64,000 bases of DNA from contig JAUXFM010000001.1 in the NCBI GenBank assembly GCA_030622955.1, positions 4,185 to 68,184 on the forward strand, read 5' to 3'. Of the stretch, positions 31,280 through 42,685 are shown piece after piece. This DNA comes from Lentisphaerales bacterium (lineage in GTDB: Bacteria > Verrucomicrobiota > Kiritimatiellia > JAUXFM01). Every line of letters begins with the position of its first letter. The stretch's first letter is position 1. The position numbers and the translations under genes were made by a program. A model generated the notes under the pieces. That model was given only the letters and a program-made list of their open reading frames with translations. It did no database searches and was not told the origin of the DNA.

Positions 31280-32197
31280 TCATTTCATCAACGCCTCGAT
31301 GGTGTTCGACGTACTGCGACCTTCGACAATTTCGCATGTCATCAGCTTGCCGCCCCAACTCTCCACGAGTTCTTTCTCCTGCTTTACGCGATCCGCTTCG
31401 TAGCTACCGCCTTTGACATGAATCTCGGGCCGAAGCTCCTTAATCAATTCCAGAGGATCATCACCACTGAACGGACGGACACCCGCTACAGTCTCGAGCA
31501 TGGCAAGCGCATTGCTGCGTAGCGGAAGAGAGAAGATCGGGCGCTTGTCACCCTTGTAGGCCCGGACAGATTCATCGTCATTGATCAACACAACAAGCTC
31601 CCTGCCCTGCCCCGCAGCCTGTTCGAGGAATCGCAAATGCCCGATATGCAAGATGTCGAAACACCCGTTAACGGTGATCAATGGACGGGCATGTTCCGCC
31701 GCCTGCACCGGCGGAGCAATGTCTGCACTGATCGGCGTATGGCCCGCTCGCAGCGACTGAAGAATCATCTCAGTAGAGCAACCTTCAACAAGCCCCACTT
31801 CAACAACCGCATCAGCATGCGCCTGCGCTGGCTCGAAGCATGGATCGGCATCTCGCAATTCTTTGCAGTGCACAAAAGTGTAGGGCGCAAGCTGAGCGAA
31901 CAGTTCGGAACCCGGAGCTCCCTCAATGACCAACGCCGCGTCGCGCAGATGGGCCACACATTCCATCCGCTCATCAACAGTATGCCGCGGCCGCCCGTTT
32001 CCAGTATGCCCGCTTACAGATTCATCAGGCTCAACAATCACACACACAAGATCGGCATGCAGTGCCGCAGTCCTAACAGCTTTCAGGTTGCCCGGCTGCA
32101 GAAGATCAAAGGAGCCGGCAACAACTGCCACGGTCCGCCCGTCCTGCTGTTCAACAAACTGGTCCGGCGTAATGATCTTTTTTGATGAAGTGGCCAT
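31280..32197 (-). CDS. Tandem cytidylyl/adenylyltransferase-domain protein (RfaE domain II-like heptose-1-P adenylyltransferase repeat)
   Basis: Two nucleotidyltransferase alpha/beta motifs: 'VVAGSFDLLQPGNL' and 'TVNGCFDILHIGHLRFLEQAA'. Confidence 0.6.
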   Translation of the reverse strand: MATSSKKIITPDQFVEQQDGRTVAVVAGSFDLLQPGNLKAVRTAALHADLVCVIVEPDESVSGHTGNGRPRHTVDERMECVAHLRDAALVIEGAPGSELFAQLAPYTFVHCKELRDADPCFEPAQAHADAVVEVGLVEGCSTEMILQSLRAGHTPISADIAPPVQAAEHARPLITVNGCFDILHIGHLRFLEQAAGQGRELVVLINDDESVRAYKGDKRPIFSLPLRSNALAMLETVAGVRPFSGDDPLELIKELRPEIHVKGGSYEADRVKQEKELVESWGGKLMTCEIVEGRSTSNTIEALMK

Positions 32198-32211
32198 TGG
32201 GGTGCGAGCTA

Positions 32212-32982
32212 CTACTCAAGTGCTTTGACCGCGCCCATAATCGCGGAAGCGTCGTTAGAGAGCAGAACCTTCTTAATGCATTTCACATTGCCGTAACGCT
32301 CTTTTACTTCTTCCTGTTCCGACAATGTTTCGTCGTAGAGAACAACTGGGATAGCGCTGATGCTGGGCATCACGGCTACCAGTCCGGCAACAGCGCTACC
32401 ATTCAAGCGGGGCAAAACTTCTTTCACAATGATGACATCGGGTTTCTCGGCAGCCGCCTTCTCAAGAACTTCGGGTCCGCTCTCGACTATCTCAATGTCA
32501 TACCCGGATTCAGCTGCAGCCTTACTGATCTGCGCAGAAACTGCTGCATCATCCTCTGCAAGCAGGAGCTTCTTCGTTGTTCGCTCCTTCTTCGCAGCCA
32601 CGGCTTTTCTGCGTGACAATATTTCGCGGATCTTCCGAGCCAGTTCATCTTCCTGGCAGGGCTTGCCTATGAATCCATCAACATCAATGGTATCGAAGAA
32701 CTTCTCCATTGCCGAGCGAGCAGTCAGGACGAGTACGGGATACTTCGGCTTGCCGTCGGAAGATGATATACGCCGCAGGAATCCGAGCCCACCCATGCCG
32801 GGCATACTGATATCAAGCACGATAAGGTCTGGCGTAATGGTTTTCAGTTGCTCGAGGGCTTCCTCACCGCTCTGCGCAACAGTGACGTCGAAGTTGTCAA
32901 AGACAAGGAAATCCTCGAGCGAAATCAAGAGGTGCTTCTCGTCATCGACCAGCAGAATACGATCTTTCTTCTCATCACTCAT
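32212..32982 (-). CDS. Response regulator with two tandem receiver domains, no output domain
   Basis: REC1 'ILLVDDEKHL...LDISMPG', REC2 'KLLLAEDDAAV...'. Confidence 0.8.
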   Translation of the reverse strand: MSDEKKDRILLVDDEKHLLISLEDFLVFDNFDVTVAQSGEEALEQLKTITPDLIVLDISMPGMGGLGFLRRISSSDGKPKYPVLVLTARSAMEKFFDTIDVDGFIGKPCQEDELARKIREILSRRKAVAAKKERTTKKLLLAEDDAAVSAQISKAAAESGYDIEIVESGPEVLEKAAAEKPDVIIVKEVLPRLNGSAVAGLVAVMPSISAIPVVLYDETLSEQEEVKERYGNVKCIKKVLLSNDASAIMGAVKALE

Positions 32983-33005
32983 TGTATTCTCCTCTAACGT
33001 TCCAC

Positions 33006-34751
33006 CTACTTCTTCATATGATGTTTTGTCTTCATCACAATCTCCTCGACCTGGTCGAGGAGATTGTCCTGCTGCCAGGGCACACCCAGGGCGGGTATAC
33101 CCATGCCGTCAAGGATCTCCTGCTTGACGCCCTCTGCACTATCACCTGTTATGGCAACAAGCGGAATCTGACTCAAGTCAGAATTGCTCTTAAGTTTGGC
33201 GACCAGGACCCCGCCATCCATTCCGGGCCTGCTCCAGTCGAGACAAATGGCATCCATGACTATGTTGGGCAATATAGCCAGGGCCTCATCTCCGTTATCG
33301 GCCACATAAACCTGGTAGCCCTGCCCCGCGAATTGATTGACAAGCTCGTCTTTAACCGAACTCTCATCGGAAACTACGAGCAGGTTCGATGGCGGAACGA
33401 GCGGCACGCAGATCGACACCAATGTTCCCTTGGTTCTGTTCGGTGGCGGGCTCTTCAGCTCGATGCCGCCCCCGTGACGTTCCAGCAGTTCTTTGCATAT
33501 TGCCAGCCCAAGCCCCGTGCCGCTGACATATTCGCCGACCCTGAAATAACGCTCAGTGACCCTGTCCAGGTATTCTGGCTCGATCCCGATCCCATTGTCC
33601 TCGACCTCGAGAAAGAGAAAGTTCGGCACATCCGGATTCGCGCAGAGCCGGATCTCTACGGTGCCGTTCTGAGGCGTATACTGGATAGCGTTCTTGATTA
33701 CATTATATGCAATACGTTCCATCTTCTTGGGATCGCACTCGACGAAACCCGCGCCATCTGGAAGATGAACAACCAGTTCCTGATGCTGCGCCATGGCCTG
33801 GATCTTCAGCCCGTTAACAACACGCCTTATGAAACGGGCAAAAGGCAATCGCACAAGGCTCAAAGTAAGAGTATCTGCATCAAGCCTGCTCATATCCAGG
33901 ATATCCTCAACAGCGCGGGTCAGGCGCTGGCAATCCTCTTTAACCATGTGCAGGTACTCAAGAGCACGATCCGGAATATCCCCGACAACCCCCTTGAGCA
34001 TATTGTCGGCCATATAACTAATGGAGGTGAGAGGAGTTCTGAATTCATGAGAGACATTGGAGACGAATTGCATGCGCGCTTTGTCGTGCTCCTTCAACTG
34101 TACGATTGCATGCTTGAGCTCTTCCTCGATGCGAGTACGCTCAGCTATTTCGAGGTGCAGGTTCTCATTTGCCTTCGTGTGCTCCGCGACCTCACATTCA
34201 AGTTCATGGTGTGCGCATTGCAACGCTTCTTCTGCGTTACGGCGTGCAGTGACATCGCGGATGAAGAAACAAAGGTACTCGGCATTGGCCAGGCTAATGC
34301 GGCTGGATGAAATCTCCGCCGAAAAAAGCGTGGCATCCTTTCGCGCACAGTGTGCCTGAATCAGTGTGAATTGGTCATTCTCCAGGTTCCGTGAAATCGT
34401 CTCCAGCATGGACGGGTTCAGCCCAATAATAATATCGGAGATATTCTTGTTCCGGAGCTCTTTCTTGGTGCGTTCGAAAAAGAGGGTGGCCCTCACATTG
34501 GCATCGTTGATATAACCCTCTAGATCCGTGATGAAGGCTGCGTCATAGACGCCCTGGAACAACTCCTTGAAATCGGCTGTTTTTGTGGGGCCGAGCATCT
34601 TCTTCTTGTAATGATCGACTGCCAACGATCTGGCGGTTATGCGCTTGGCCTGCTTGTCGACAACAATTGGCTTGGCAGCGCTGCCGTCCGTTGGCAGGCA
34701 CGGCGAAATATCAATCAGCATTGTGCTGGCATGTAAACGCTTCGCAGCCAT
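33006..34751 (-). CDS. Cytoplasmic hybrid sensor histidine kinase (PAS-HisKA-HATPase-REC)
   Basis: H-box 'VSNVSHEFRTPLTSI', G-boxes 'DNGIGI'/'GTGLGLAI', a C-terminal receiver with 'LDWSRPGMDG', and no TM. The ORF extends to 34865, and the start is chosen at 'MAAKRL'. Confidence 0.8.
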   Translation of the reverse strand: MAAKRLHASTMLIDISPCLPTDGSAAKPIVVDKQAKRITARSLAVDHYKKKMLGPTKTADFKELFQGVYDAAFITDLEGYINDANVRATLFFERTKKELRNKNISDIIIGLNPSMLETISRNLENDQFTLIQAHCARKDATLFSAEISSSRISLANAEYLCFFIRDVTARRNAEEALQCAHHELECEVAEHTKANENLHLEIAERTRIEEELKHAIVQLKEHDKARMQFVSNVSHEFRTPLTSISYMADNMLKGVVGDIPDRALEYLHMVKEDCQRLTRAVEDILDMSRLDADTLTLSLVRLPFARFIRRVVNGLKIQAMAQHQELVVHLPDGAGFVECDPKKMERIAYNVIKNAIQYTPQNGTVEIRLCANPDVPNFLFLEVEDNGIGIEPEYLDRVTERYFRVGEYVSGTGLGLAICKELLERHGGGIELKSPPPNRTKGTLVSICVPLVPPSNLLVVSDESSVKDELVNQFAGQGYQVYVADNGDEALAILPNIVMDAICLDWSRPGMDGGVLVAKLKSNSDLSQIPLVAITGDSAEGVKQEILDGMGIPALGVPWQQDNLLDQVEEIVMKTKHHMKK

Positions 34752-34998
34752 CAAAGACCCTCTAATACTGGGTTCACGGAAGAAGAATCTTCGTTCCGCT
34801 TCCGCGAACATTGCGCCACAGAAAGGCGTGAATGTCAAGTGCCAGTCAAGAAACTCAGAGGGCACTCAAGGTTTGGCTCGTAATGACCTGCAGGAGTCTT
34901 TCGGACACAACCGGACAGCGACGACGACAACCGCCAGAAAAGGAATTGGCTTAAGAGAGGTTTTCTGGGAAACTTGCCTGCAATAGGCGGAAAGAAGC

Positions 34999-36009
34999 AT
35001 GAATATCTTCGCTGCGAGCAACGCATACATTTCTGACAGTGTTTTGATGGCATGGGCTGTGCTCATTTGCGCATTCATCGTTCTCGCCAAATGTGCCGAT
35101 GTCTTTGTCGATAGTTCCGTGGGGCTCGCCGAACGGTTCAAGATTCCCAAATTGATCATCGGCGTGGTACTCGTATCTCTTGCTACCACTGCACCTGAGC
35201 TGTCGGTTTCGCTTATCGCGGCTTTCGGCGACAACCCGGAAATGGCGATGGGAAATGCTGTTGGATCAGTAATCTGCAACAGCGGATTGGCCATGGGTCT
35301 GGCAGGACTGGTCGCTGCTTCAGCAATTGTCGTAAAGCCCAAGGAGCTCAAGATCTCAGGACTATTCCTTATTATAGTAGTCGTGGCATTCTCAATCCTA
35401 GTATTCCCTGACCATACCCTCAGCCGGTGGGAAGGCGCGACACTGGTGGCTCTCTTCTTCGCATACATCATCTTCCTTTTCAGACAGTACCGGGGCGGCC
35501 CTACCGAAGAGGAATCCAGGGAAGCCGACAAAGGCAAGGAAGCAGCCTGGCCAGGAAAGCTCGCTGCCATGTTCGCCATAGCCCTGCTGGGGATCCTTCT
35601 CTCCAGTAAGTTTATCGTTGTCTGTGCCGAAACGATCGCGCTTTCGTTCAATATCCCGCGCGCAGTCATTGCCGTGACACTGGTTGCGTTCGGCACCTCA
35701 GTGCCGGAAGTTGCCACCTGTATTTCCGCTGCAAGGAAACAGGAAGGCGCCATTGCCGTGGGCAATATCCTGGGCGCGAACATCATGAATGTCTGTTGGG
35801 TGGCCGGTGCTTCGGCGATTGTAAATGCGCTTGCGATCGGGACAAATGAGTTCTACTTCATGTTCCCGTCGATGTTTGTGCTGGTAATCGCGATGCTGGG
35901 AATGGTTTGGGTGAAGTTCCGGCTGACCAAGCGCAAGGGCCTCGTTCTCCTCCTCATCTACCTCACCTGGGCTGTCTCTTTCTTCTTCCTCTTCCCTCCC
36001 GGCTCATAA
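34999..36009 (+). CDS. Ca2+/cation antiporter, CaCA family (YrbG-like)
   Basis: The duplicated alpha-repeat motifs 'GDNPEMAMGNAVGS' and 'GTSVPEVATCI' mark this 10-TM protein. Confidence 0.85.
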   Translation: MNIFAASNAYISDSVLMAWAVLICAFIVLAKCADVFVDSSVGLAERFKIPKLIIGVVLVSLATTAPELSVSLIAAFGDNPEMAMGNAVGSVICNSGLAMGLAGLVAASAIVVKPKELKISGLFLIIVVVAFSILVFPDHTLSRWEGATLVALFFAYIIFLFRQYRGGPTEEESREADKGKEAAWPGKLAAMFAIALLGILLSSKFIVVCAETIALSFNIPRAVIAVTLVAFGTSVPEVATCISAARKQEGAIAVGNILGANIMNVCWVAGASAIVNALAIGTNEFYFMFPSMFVLVIAMLGMVWVKFRLTKRKGLVLLLIYLTWAVSFFFLFPPGS

Positions 36010-36382
36010 TCGTTTGCGCTGGTCGCTCTGCCCGGAATGCACGACGCAAAGCGGTAGAAACAGTAATGAATGATCCTAATGGTTCTTCCTTCAGTCTACG
36101 GCCTACAGTCTTCAGCCTCTCTTCCGCCATGTTGGGTCACTGCAACGTGTCCTTCGCAGCCAAGAGCGCAGCGAGGGCGAAGCAGGAAGCGGGAGATATG
36201 CTGGTGGGTAATGCCGCAAGCTCCTTACTCGGATGTTGGAAGTCGAGCGCGTTGGGTGTTCGATGTCTTCTTCATAACAGGGCCAATAGACCCTATAGTA
36301 GAGAAAAGAGAGATTCTTCCCTGAACACTGACACCTGAAACCTGTCTTGCCAAATCACCCCTCTCCCCACTACAGTGCCGCC

Positions 36383-36766
36383 ATGTTCAGAATGCTCATG
36401 GTTGCGATAGGCGGGGCAGTTGGCGCTGTTCTACGATACAAGCTCGGGGGACTGGTGCTGCATCATACCACCGCGTGGAAATTCCCGCTCTCTACGTTCG
36501 TTGTGAACATCGTCGGCTGCCTCGCAATAGGCATCCTCGGCGGGCTTGCAGAGAAGCACCACTTGTTAAGCCGCGAGTTGGAGCTTCTGTTGATCACCGG
36601 TCTCCTCGGCGGATTCACCACCTTCTCTGCCTTCGGACTTGAAACGGTCTGGTGCCTGCGGCGCGGGCTCTGGCAAATCGCCATCGCGAATGCAATGCTC
36701 AGTGTCCTTTGCGGCGTCGGCGCCGTGTGGCTGGGCATGATCATTGCCGGCGCTTCGAAAAGCTGA
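36383..36766 (+). CDS. crcB: Fluoride ion channel CrcB/FluC
   Basis: 'LLGGFTTFSAF' signature, ~127 aa, 4 TM. Confidence 0.85.
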   Translation: MFRMLMVAIGGAVGAVLRYKLGGLVLHHTTAWKFPLSTFVVNIVGCLAIGILGGLAEKHHLLSRELELLLITGLLGGFTTFSAFGLETVWCLRRGLWQIAIANAMLSVLCGVGAVWLGMIIAGASKS

Positions 36767-36905
36767 CAGAATGAGACCAATGTGCAGAATACGGCGATCC
36801 GACAATGCTGAGGACCCGCTCAGACACCATATCCCATAGGTCTAGTACGTCCCATAAGCCCCATCCGCCATTGCAATGGCTCGGGGCTTGATGTACCATC
36901 CGACC

Positions 36906-38186
36906 ATGCTCGACATTAAGCAGATCAGAGAAGACCCGGACGCTATCCGCGCAGGCATTGCCGCCCGCGCAGAGGACAACTCTGTTGTCGACAGACTCCT
37001 CGAACTCGACGCGAGCCGTCGCGCCATGCTCACGAATGTTGAGGAACTGAAGAGCAAGCGCAACAAGGCCTCAAAAGAAATCGGTGCCCTCAAGAAACAG
37101 GGCAAAGACACCACCGATACACAGGCGTCTGTCCGCGACCTAGGCAACCAGATCGACAAGATCGACGGGGAGATCAAGCAAGTCGACCAGGATCTCCGCG
37201 AACTGCTGATCCGCATCCCGAACCTGCCGCACAGCAGCACACCGCGCGGCGCCGACGAGTCGGGCAACGTACCAGTCTGCGAACATGGCGAGAAGAAGAC
37301 ATTCGACTTCAAGCCACGCACACATATCGAAATCGGCGAACACCTTTGCCTGTTCGATTTTCAGCGCGCTACACGTATGGCCGGCTCGGGCTTCCCGCTG
37401 CTTACAGGGCTCGGAGCACGACTCCAGCGCGCGCTCGTCCAGTTCATGCTCGACCTGCACCGCGAGGAACACGGCTATACAGAGATCTCGACGCCAATCC
37501 TCTGCGGCAGCAAAGCAATGACAGGCACCGGCCAACTCCCGAAACTTGACGATGATATGTATAAGCTACCCGGTGATGATCTTTACCTGATCCCTACCGG
37601 CGAGGTCCCACTGGTCAACATCTTCCGCGAAGAAATCATCGACCGCCCCATGCCCCTCTACCTCATGGCGCACACACAATGCTTCAGACGTGAAGCAGGC
37701 GCGGCAGGCAAGACAACGCGCGGCATGCTCCGCTTACACCAATTCGAAAAAGTCGAACTGGTCAAGATCGTTCATCCGGACAGCTCTTACGACGAACTTG
37801 AAAGCCTGCTCAAGAATGCGCTCACCGTTGTCGAACGACTCGAACTAAACTACCGCGTACTCGAGCTCTGCACCGGCGATATGAGCTTCGCTGCTGCGAA
37901 GTGCTACGACGTCGAGCTTTGGTCGCCGGGCCAGAACGACTGGCTCGAAGTCTCGTCCTGCAGTAACTGCGAAGCGTTCCAGGCACGACGCGCAGGAATC
38001 CGCTATCGGCGCGAAGACAAGAAGGTCGATTTCGTTCACACCCTTAACGGATCGGGTGTCGCCCTGCCCCGCCTAATAGTAGCCATCCTGGAGAATGGAC
38101 AGCAAGCAGACGGGACCGTTAAGCTGCCGGCAGTTCTTGTTCCTTATATGAATGGTATAGAGAAGCTGGAATTGCCTTCGGCTTGA
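36906..38186 (+). CDS. serS: Seryl-tRNA synthetase
   Basis: 'MLDIKQIRE' N-terminal coiled-coil arm and class II aaRS motifs, 427 aa. Confidence 0.95.
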   Translation: MLDIKQIREDPDAIRAGIAARAEDNSVVDRLLELDASRRAMLTNVEELKSKRNKASKEIGALKKQGKDTTDTQASVRDLGNQIDKIDGEIKQVDQDLRELLIRIPNLPHSSTPRGADESGNVPVCEHGEKKTFDFKPRTHIEIGEHLCLFDFQRATRMAGSGFPLLTGLGARLQRALVQFMLDLHREEHGYTEISTPILCGSKAMTGTGQLPKLDDDMYKLPGDDLYLIPTGEVPLVNIFREEIIDRPMPLYLMAHTQCFRREAGAAGKTTRGMLRLHQFEKVELVKIVHPDSSYDELESLLKNALTVVERLELNYRVLELCTGDMSFAAAKCYDVELWSPGQNDWLEVSSCSNCEAFQARRAGIRYRREDKKVDFVHTLNGSGVALPRLIVAILENGQQADGTVKLPAVLVPYMNGIEKLELPSA

Positions 38187-38286
38187 GAACGTTTGACGGT
38201 TGGGGTTGCGCAGCTCGAAAGGGGCGCCGTCTTACGAGTGAGGAAAAAGAAGCGACTCCAAGCGCGCAACCGATCAACGCAGCCCA

Positions 38287-39684
38287 ATGATCAAACAAAT
38301 AGAACAATCCATAGAAGAGAATGCTCTCATCCTGCCGGGACAGCACGTCCTTATCGGTGTCTCCGGTGGCGCTGATTCGGTAGCGCTGTTGCTCATGCTC
38401 AAGGAGCTGACCCCGAAGATCGGCTTCAAACTCACTGCCGCCCATCTCCACCATGGGATACGTGGTAAAGATGCCGATTCCGACCTGGAATTCGTCCACA
38501 AGCTAACCCGCAAACTGAAAATTCCTTTCGTTTCAGGGAAGACCAACGTCCCGGCCCTGGCCCGCCGAAAAGGGATCTCACTGGAGATGGCAGCACGCGA
38601 AGCACGCTATACCTTCTTTGCGAAGCAGGCCAAGAAATGCGGGGCCGATCTTGCCGTAACAGCACACAATGCCGATGATCAGGCGGAAACGATCCTGCTG
38701 AAGCTCTGCCGTGGCGCAGGCGCACGTGGCCTGGCCGGCATCTCGCACGAAACAGCCCTGAACGGCCTCCGGATCACGCGGCCCATGCTCGATGTCACAA
38801 GGGCCGAGGTGATCGCTTTCCTGAAGAACAGAAAGCAGTTATGGCGTGAAGACAGATCGAACAAGGATCTTTCTTTCCTGCGCAATCGCGTGCGCCACGA
38901 GATATTACCCCTGCTGCAGAAGAATCTGAACCCTAAACTCAAATCCGCGCTCACACGTACTGCCGACGTTCTGCAGGCGGAGGATGAATGGCTCGATCAT
39001 CTGACCAATGATCTAGTAACAGAATGCGAACAACCCGATGGGCTCATGCTCGGCATGTTCCTCTGCTACCCAAAAGCAGCGAGACGGCGCGTTCTCCTGC
39101 AATGGCTGGTGGCAAATGGCGTACCATCGGATTCTATCAGCTTTGACACTATCGAACAGATCAATGCCCTGGCCGCCGCGCGGCGCGGCACAGGCACCGT
39201 CACCGTCAGTGGCGCGTGGGTCCTCAATAAGGAATACGGGCTCCTCCATATCAGACCATCTACGTCAAGCTCACCTGTACCGCCTTTCGAACAGATAATC
39301 CGTATCCCCGGCGAAACGATCATGGCAGATATAGGGCTCCGCGTGATCACCTCAAGAGCGCCGGGAATTGCGAAAGGGAAACCCAGGGGACCGGCAACGT
39401 TTCCGGCACAGGCTTCGCTCAGCACAAAGGCTCTCGGACGAAAACAACTGTTGCTGCGTTCCTGGCGGCCCGGAGACAGGATCCGACCACTAGGAATGAA
39501 GGGCTCGAAGAAATTGCAGGACATCTTCGTAGATGCAAAGTTGCCGTGCATCCAACGTGCGTGCGTGCCGATCTTCGAATGCAAAGGTGAGATCGTCTGG
39601 CTGCCCGGCTATCGCATCGCGCGAGGCTGGGAGGTGAAGGATCCAGGCGAAGTCGCCATACAAATCAACGTCGAACTCGTCTAA
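38287..39684 (+). CDS. tilS: tRNA(Ile)-lysidine synthetase
   Basis: PP-loop 'GVSGGADSVALL'. Confidence 0.9.
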   Translation: MIKQIEQSIEENALILPGQHVLIGVSGGADSVALLLMLKELTPKIGFKLTAAHLHHGIRGKDADSDLEFVHKLTRKLKIPFVSGKTNVPALARRKGISLEMAAREARYTFFAKQAKKCGADLAVTAHNADDQAETILLKLCRGAGARGLAGISHETALNGLRITRPMLDVTRAEVIAFLKNRKQLWREDRSNKDLSFLRNRVRHEILPLLQKNLNPKLKSALTRTADVLQAEDEWLDHLTNDLVTECEQPDGLMLGMFLCYPKAARRRVLLQWLVANGVPSDSISFDTIEQINALAAARRGTGTVTVSGAWVLNKEYGLLHIRPSTSSSPVPPFEQIIRIPGETIMADIGLRVITSRAPGIAKGKPRGPATFPAQASLSTKALGRKQLLLRSWRPGDRIRPLGMKGSKKLQDIFVDAKLPCIQRACVPIFECKGEIVWLPGYRIARGWEVKDPGEVAIQINVELV

Positions 39685-39695
39685 CGCGATAATCG

Positions 39696-41822
39696 TTGCC
39701 AGCACAGGCCTTTCACGGTAGTATTTGCTCACTTGGGTCAGAAGAACATCGTATTTTGGAAGGACAGACTAACTTGGAAGAGCAACAGAACAAGGAACCG
39801 GCTACAGCCGAAAACAAACTTGACTCCAATCACCAGAAACTGCCAATTCGCGGCATTATCGGGTGGTTCATCGTCCTCACGCTTATGCTGCTGATGTGGC
39901 AGTTCTACAACAAGACCCAGGACCGCCCGGAACCCATCGATTTCTCACCCGATTTCGTTTCCTACATGACCAACGGGCTTATCGATAACTGCAAGGTGGT
40001 CCATGAAATATCTGGCTCACAGTACATCGAGGGCACGCTGAAGCCTGGCACTGTCGAAGCTGGCGAGAATCTCCAGTTCAAAGTTATCGTACATATGAGC
40101 GACGAACTGGAGAAGGATCTGCGCAAGTATAAGGTCAATTTCAGGCATGATCACCAGAACCCCATCATGTGGCAGATCATTTCGGGTGCGATCCCGGTAA
40201 TCCTGATACTCGCGGTGCTCTACTTCATGTTCATGCGACAAGTCAAGGCAGCCGGGCATGGCGCACTCAGCTTCGGCAAGAGTCGTGCGAAAATGCTGGC
40301 GCGGAACAAGCATAAAAAGACCTTCAAGGATGTCACCGGCATCGCGGAGGCCAAGGAAGAAGTGCAGGAGATCATCGAGTACCTGAAAGACCCCAAGAAG
40401 TTCCAGCGGCTGGGCGGCCGTGTCCCAAAAGGCATCCTCCTGCTGGGTCCTCCGGGCACAGGCAAGACATTGCTCGCTAAGGCTATCGCTGGTGAAGCAG
40501 ATGTGCCATTCTTCAGCATCAGCGGGTCCGACTTCGTCGAGATGTTCGTTGGTGTCGGGGCATCACGCGTACGTGATATGTTTGAACAGGGGAAGAAGAA
40601 CGCGCCATGCATAATCTTCATCGACGAAATCGATGCTGTCGGACGCAGCAGGTTTTCGGGCATTGGTGGCGGCCATGACGAACGTGAACAGACCTTGAAC
40701 GCACTGCTCGTCGAAATGGATGGCTTCGAGACACAGGAAGGTGTTCTGATCCTTGCGGCCACGAACAGACCTGATGTTCTCGACCCCGCATTGCTCCGGC
40801 CCGGCCGATTCGACAGGCAAATCAACATTGATCTTCCAACAATCGATGGCCGCGAAGCCATTCTCAAGATGCATGCGAAGAAGATCAAGCTGAACGACAA
40901 GGTTAAGCTGCGCCGCATAGCCAGGGGTACCCCTGGCTTCTCTGGAGCCGATCTTGAGAATCTCCTCAATGAAGCGGCATTGCTGGGAGCACGTCAGGAT
41001 AAGCAAACTGTTGACATCTCGGACCTCGAAGAAGCTCGTGACAAAGTTCGTTGGGGCCGGGAACGCAAGGCACGGGTCCTGGATGATAAGGACAAGAAAA
41101 TCACTGCCTACCATGAATCCGGTCATGCGCTTGTGACATTACTCGTTGAAGAAAGCGAACCATTGCACAAGATAACAATTATCCCGCGCGGCACAGCCTA
41201 TCTCGGCGCAACGATGCAGCTGCCCGAGAAAGACAGGTACCTTGAAGGAAAGACAAAGCTGCTCGGCACACTGGCAGGACTGATGGGCGGCCGTGTAGCT
41301 GAAAAACTTGTTTTTAACGAAATTACGTCCGGCGCCAGCTCAGACCTACAGCAAGCCACAAAGCTTGCACGCCTCATGATCTGCAGTTGGGGAATGAGCG
41401 AAGAACTCGGGCCCCAGACATTCGGACAACACGAGGAACTCCTGTTCCTCGGTCGAGAGATCAACCGATCCCAGGATTTTAGTGAGGACACGGCGCGAAA
41501 GATCGACGAAGAGGTCCACAAACTGCTCATAAATGCACAGAAACGAGCAACAGATCTCCTGACCGAGAATCGCGACAAGCTCGACATGATCGCGGAACTG
41601 CTGCTTGAACGTGAGACGCTTGACGGCCGCGATGTCAATGAACTCCTGAAGGAAGGCCGACTCCTTTCGGAAAAAGAACGCGCCAAGATCGATGCCGAAG
41701 AAGAAGAAGAGGAAAAGAAGGACACAGCTGATGGCGTCAACTCGGACGAAGAAGAGAAGCCGGAGAGCGCACCACCACCCGACGAGGATGCCGTAGAAAC
41801 CGATCCTGATCAGGAACAATGA
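39696..41822 (+). CDS. ftsH: ATP-dependent zinc metalloprotease FtsH
   Basis: Walker A 'GPPGTGKT', SRH, and Zn-binding 'HESGHAL'. The product has an acidic Glu-rich C-terminal tail. The exact start is uncertain. Confidence 0.95.
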   Translation: MPAQAFHGSICSLGSEEHRILEGQTNLEEQQNKEPATAENKLDSNHQKLPIRGIIGWFIVLTLMLLMWQFYNKTQDRPEPIDFSPDFVSYMTNGLIDNCKVVHEISGSQYIEGTLKPGTVEAGENLQFKVIVHMSDELEKDLRKYKVNFRHDHQNPIMWQIISGAIPVILILAVLYFMFMRQVKAAGHGALSFGKSRAKMLARNKHKKTFKDVTGIAEAKEEVQEIIEYLKDPKKFQRLGGRVPKGILLLGPPGTGKTLLAKAIAGEADVPFFSISGSDFVEMFVGVGASRVRDMFEQGKKNAPCIIFIDEIDAVGRSRFSGIGGGHDEREQTLNALLVEMDGFETQEGVLILAATNRPDVLDPALLRPGRFDRQINIDLPTIDGREAILKMHAKKIKLNDKVKLRRIARGTPGFSGADLENLLNEAALLGARQDKQTVDISDLEEARDKVRWGRERKARVLDDKDKKITAYHESGHALVTLLVEESEPLHKITIIPRGTAYLGATMQLPEKDRYLEGKTKLLGTLAGLMGGRVAEKLVFNEITSGASSDLQQATKLARLMICSWGMSEELGPQTFGQHEELLFLGREINRSQDFSEDTARKIDEEVHKLLINAQKRATDLLTENRDKLDMIAELLLERETLDGRDVNELLKEGRLLSEKERAKIDAEEEEEEKKDTADGVNSDEEEKPESAPPPDEDAVETDPDQEQ

Positions 41823-42685
41823 GCAAAGGGACAGTCACCTGGAAATGCCGTGATAGGCTACTGGAGCTTGAGTCGCGCGCCCTGATAATGGGCATCGTGA
41901 ACGTGACACCGGATTCATTCTCTGATGGCGGTGAATATTTCAACACCGATGCTGCTGTCCACCGCGCTCTCGAAATGATAGACCAAGGAGCCGACATCAT
42001 CGATATTGGCGGCGAATCTACCCGGCCCGGCGCCAGTCCAACCAAACCCAGCCAGGAATTGGCCCGAATCCTGCCGGTCATCGAAGCCCTGTCCCGCCAG
42101 CACGACAACCTGATCTCAATCGATACACAGAAGGCCGAGGTGGCCGACAAGGCGCTGGCAGCGGGAGCTTCTATCATCAACGATGTTTCTGCGCTGTCCC
42201 AGGACCCCGGAATGCTCAAGGTGGCGGCTAGGTATGACGCAGGCGTGATCCTGATGCATATGCGGGGCGAGCCGCGCACAATGCAGGCTGACCCTCAATA
42301 TGACGATGTCGTCAATGATGTCAGCGACTATTTAAAGGAGAGGATCGAGATTTGTGTGCAAGCCGGACTCGAACGTGATACGCTTGCAGTGGATCCTGGG
42401 ATCGGGTTCGGCAAGACACTCGAACACAACCTTGCCCTCCTGGCGAACCTGAAGATCTTGGCCGCAGCAGGCCGACCCGTGGTCGTGGGATTGTCCAGGA
42501 AGAGCTTCCTGGGCAAGATAACAGGGCGCGAAACTGACCAACGACTTGCAGGAAGCCTTGCAGGTCTGGCATACTCAGTCCTGCAAGGCGCCCACATAAT
42601 GAGGGTTCACGATGTTGCGGAATCGGCAGACGTTGCAGCGGTACTAACAGCAATTGCGGGAGAAGCACGAGATGTCGTGGCTTGA
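41819..42685 (+). CDS. folP: Dihydropteroate synthase
   Basis: 'IMGIVNVTPDSFSDGG' pterin-binding signature. It overlaps ftsH by 4 bp. Confidence 0.9.
   Translation: MSKGTVTWKCRDRLLELESRALIMGIVNVTPDSFSDGGEYFNTDAAVHRALEMIDQGADIIDIGGESTRPGASPTKPSQELARILPVIEALSRQHDNLISIDTQKAEVADKALAAGASIINDVSALSQDPGMLKVAARYDAGVILMHMRGEPRTMQADPQYDDVVNDVSDYLKERIEICVQAGLERDTLAVDPGIGFGKTLEHNLALLANLKILAAAGRPVVVGLSRKSFLGKITGRETDQRLAGSLAGLAYSVLQGAHIMRVHDVAESADVAAVLTAIAGEARDVVA

Noticed and set aside
36010-36382. Searched for a fluoride (crcB-motif) riboswitch upstream of crcB
   Set aside because: I could not find the conserved GGnGAUGG...CUGAUGAUnCCU elements in the 370-bp upstream region. A CaCA antiporter gene ends just before it, so crcB may simply be co-transcribed.
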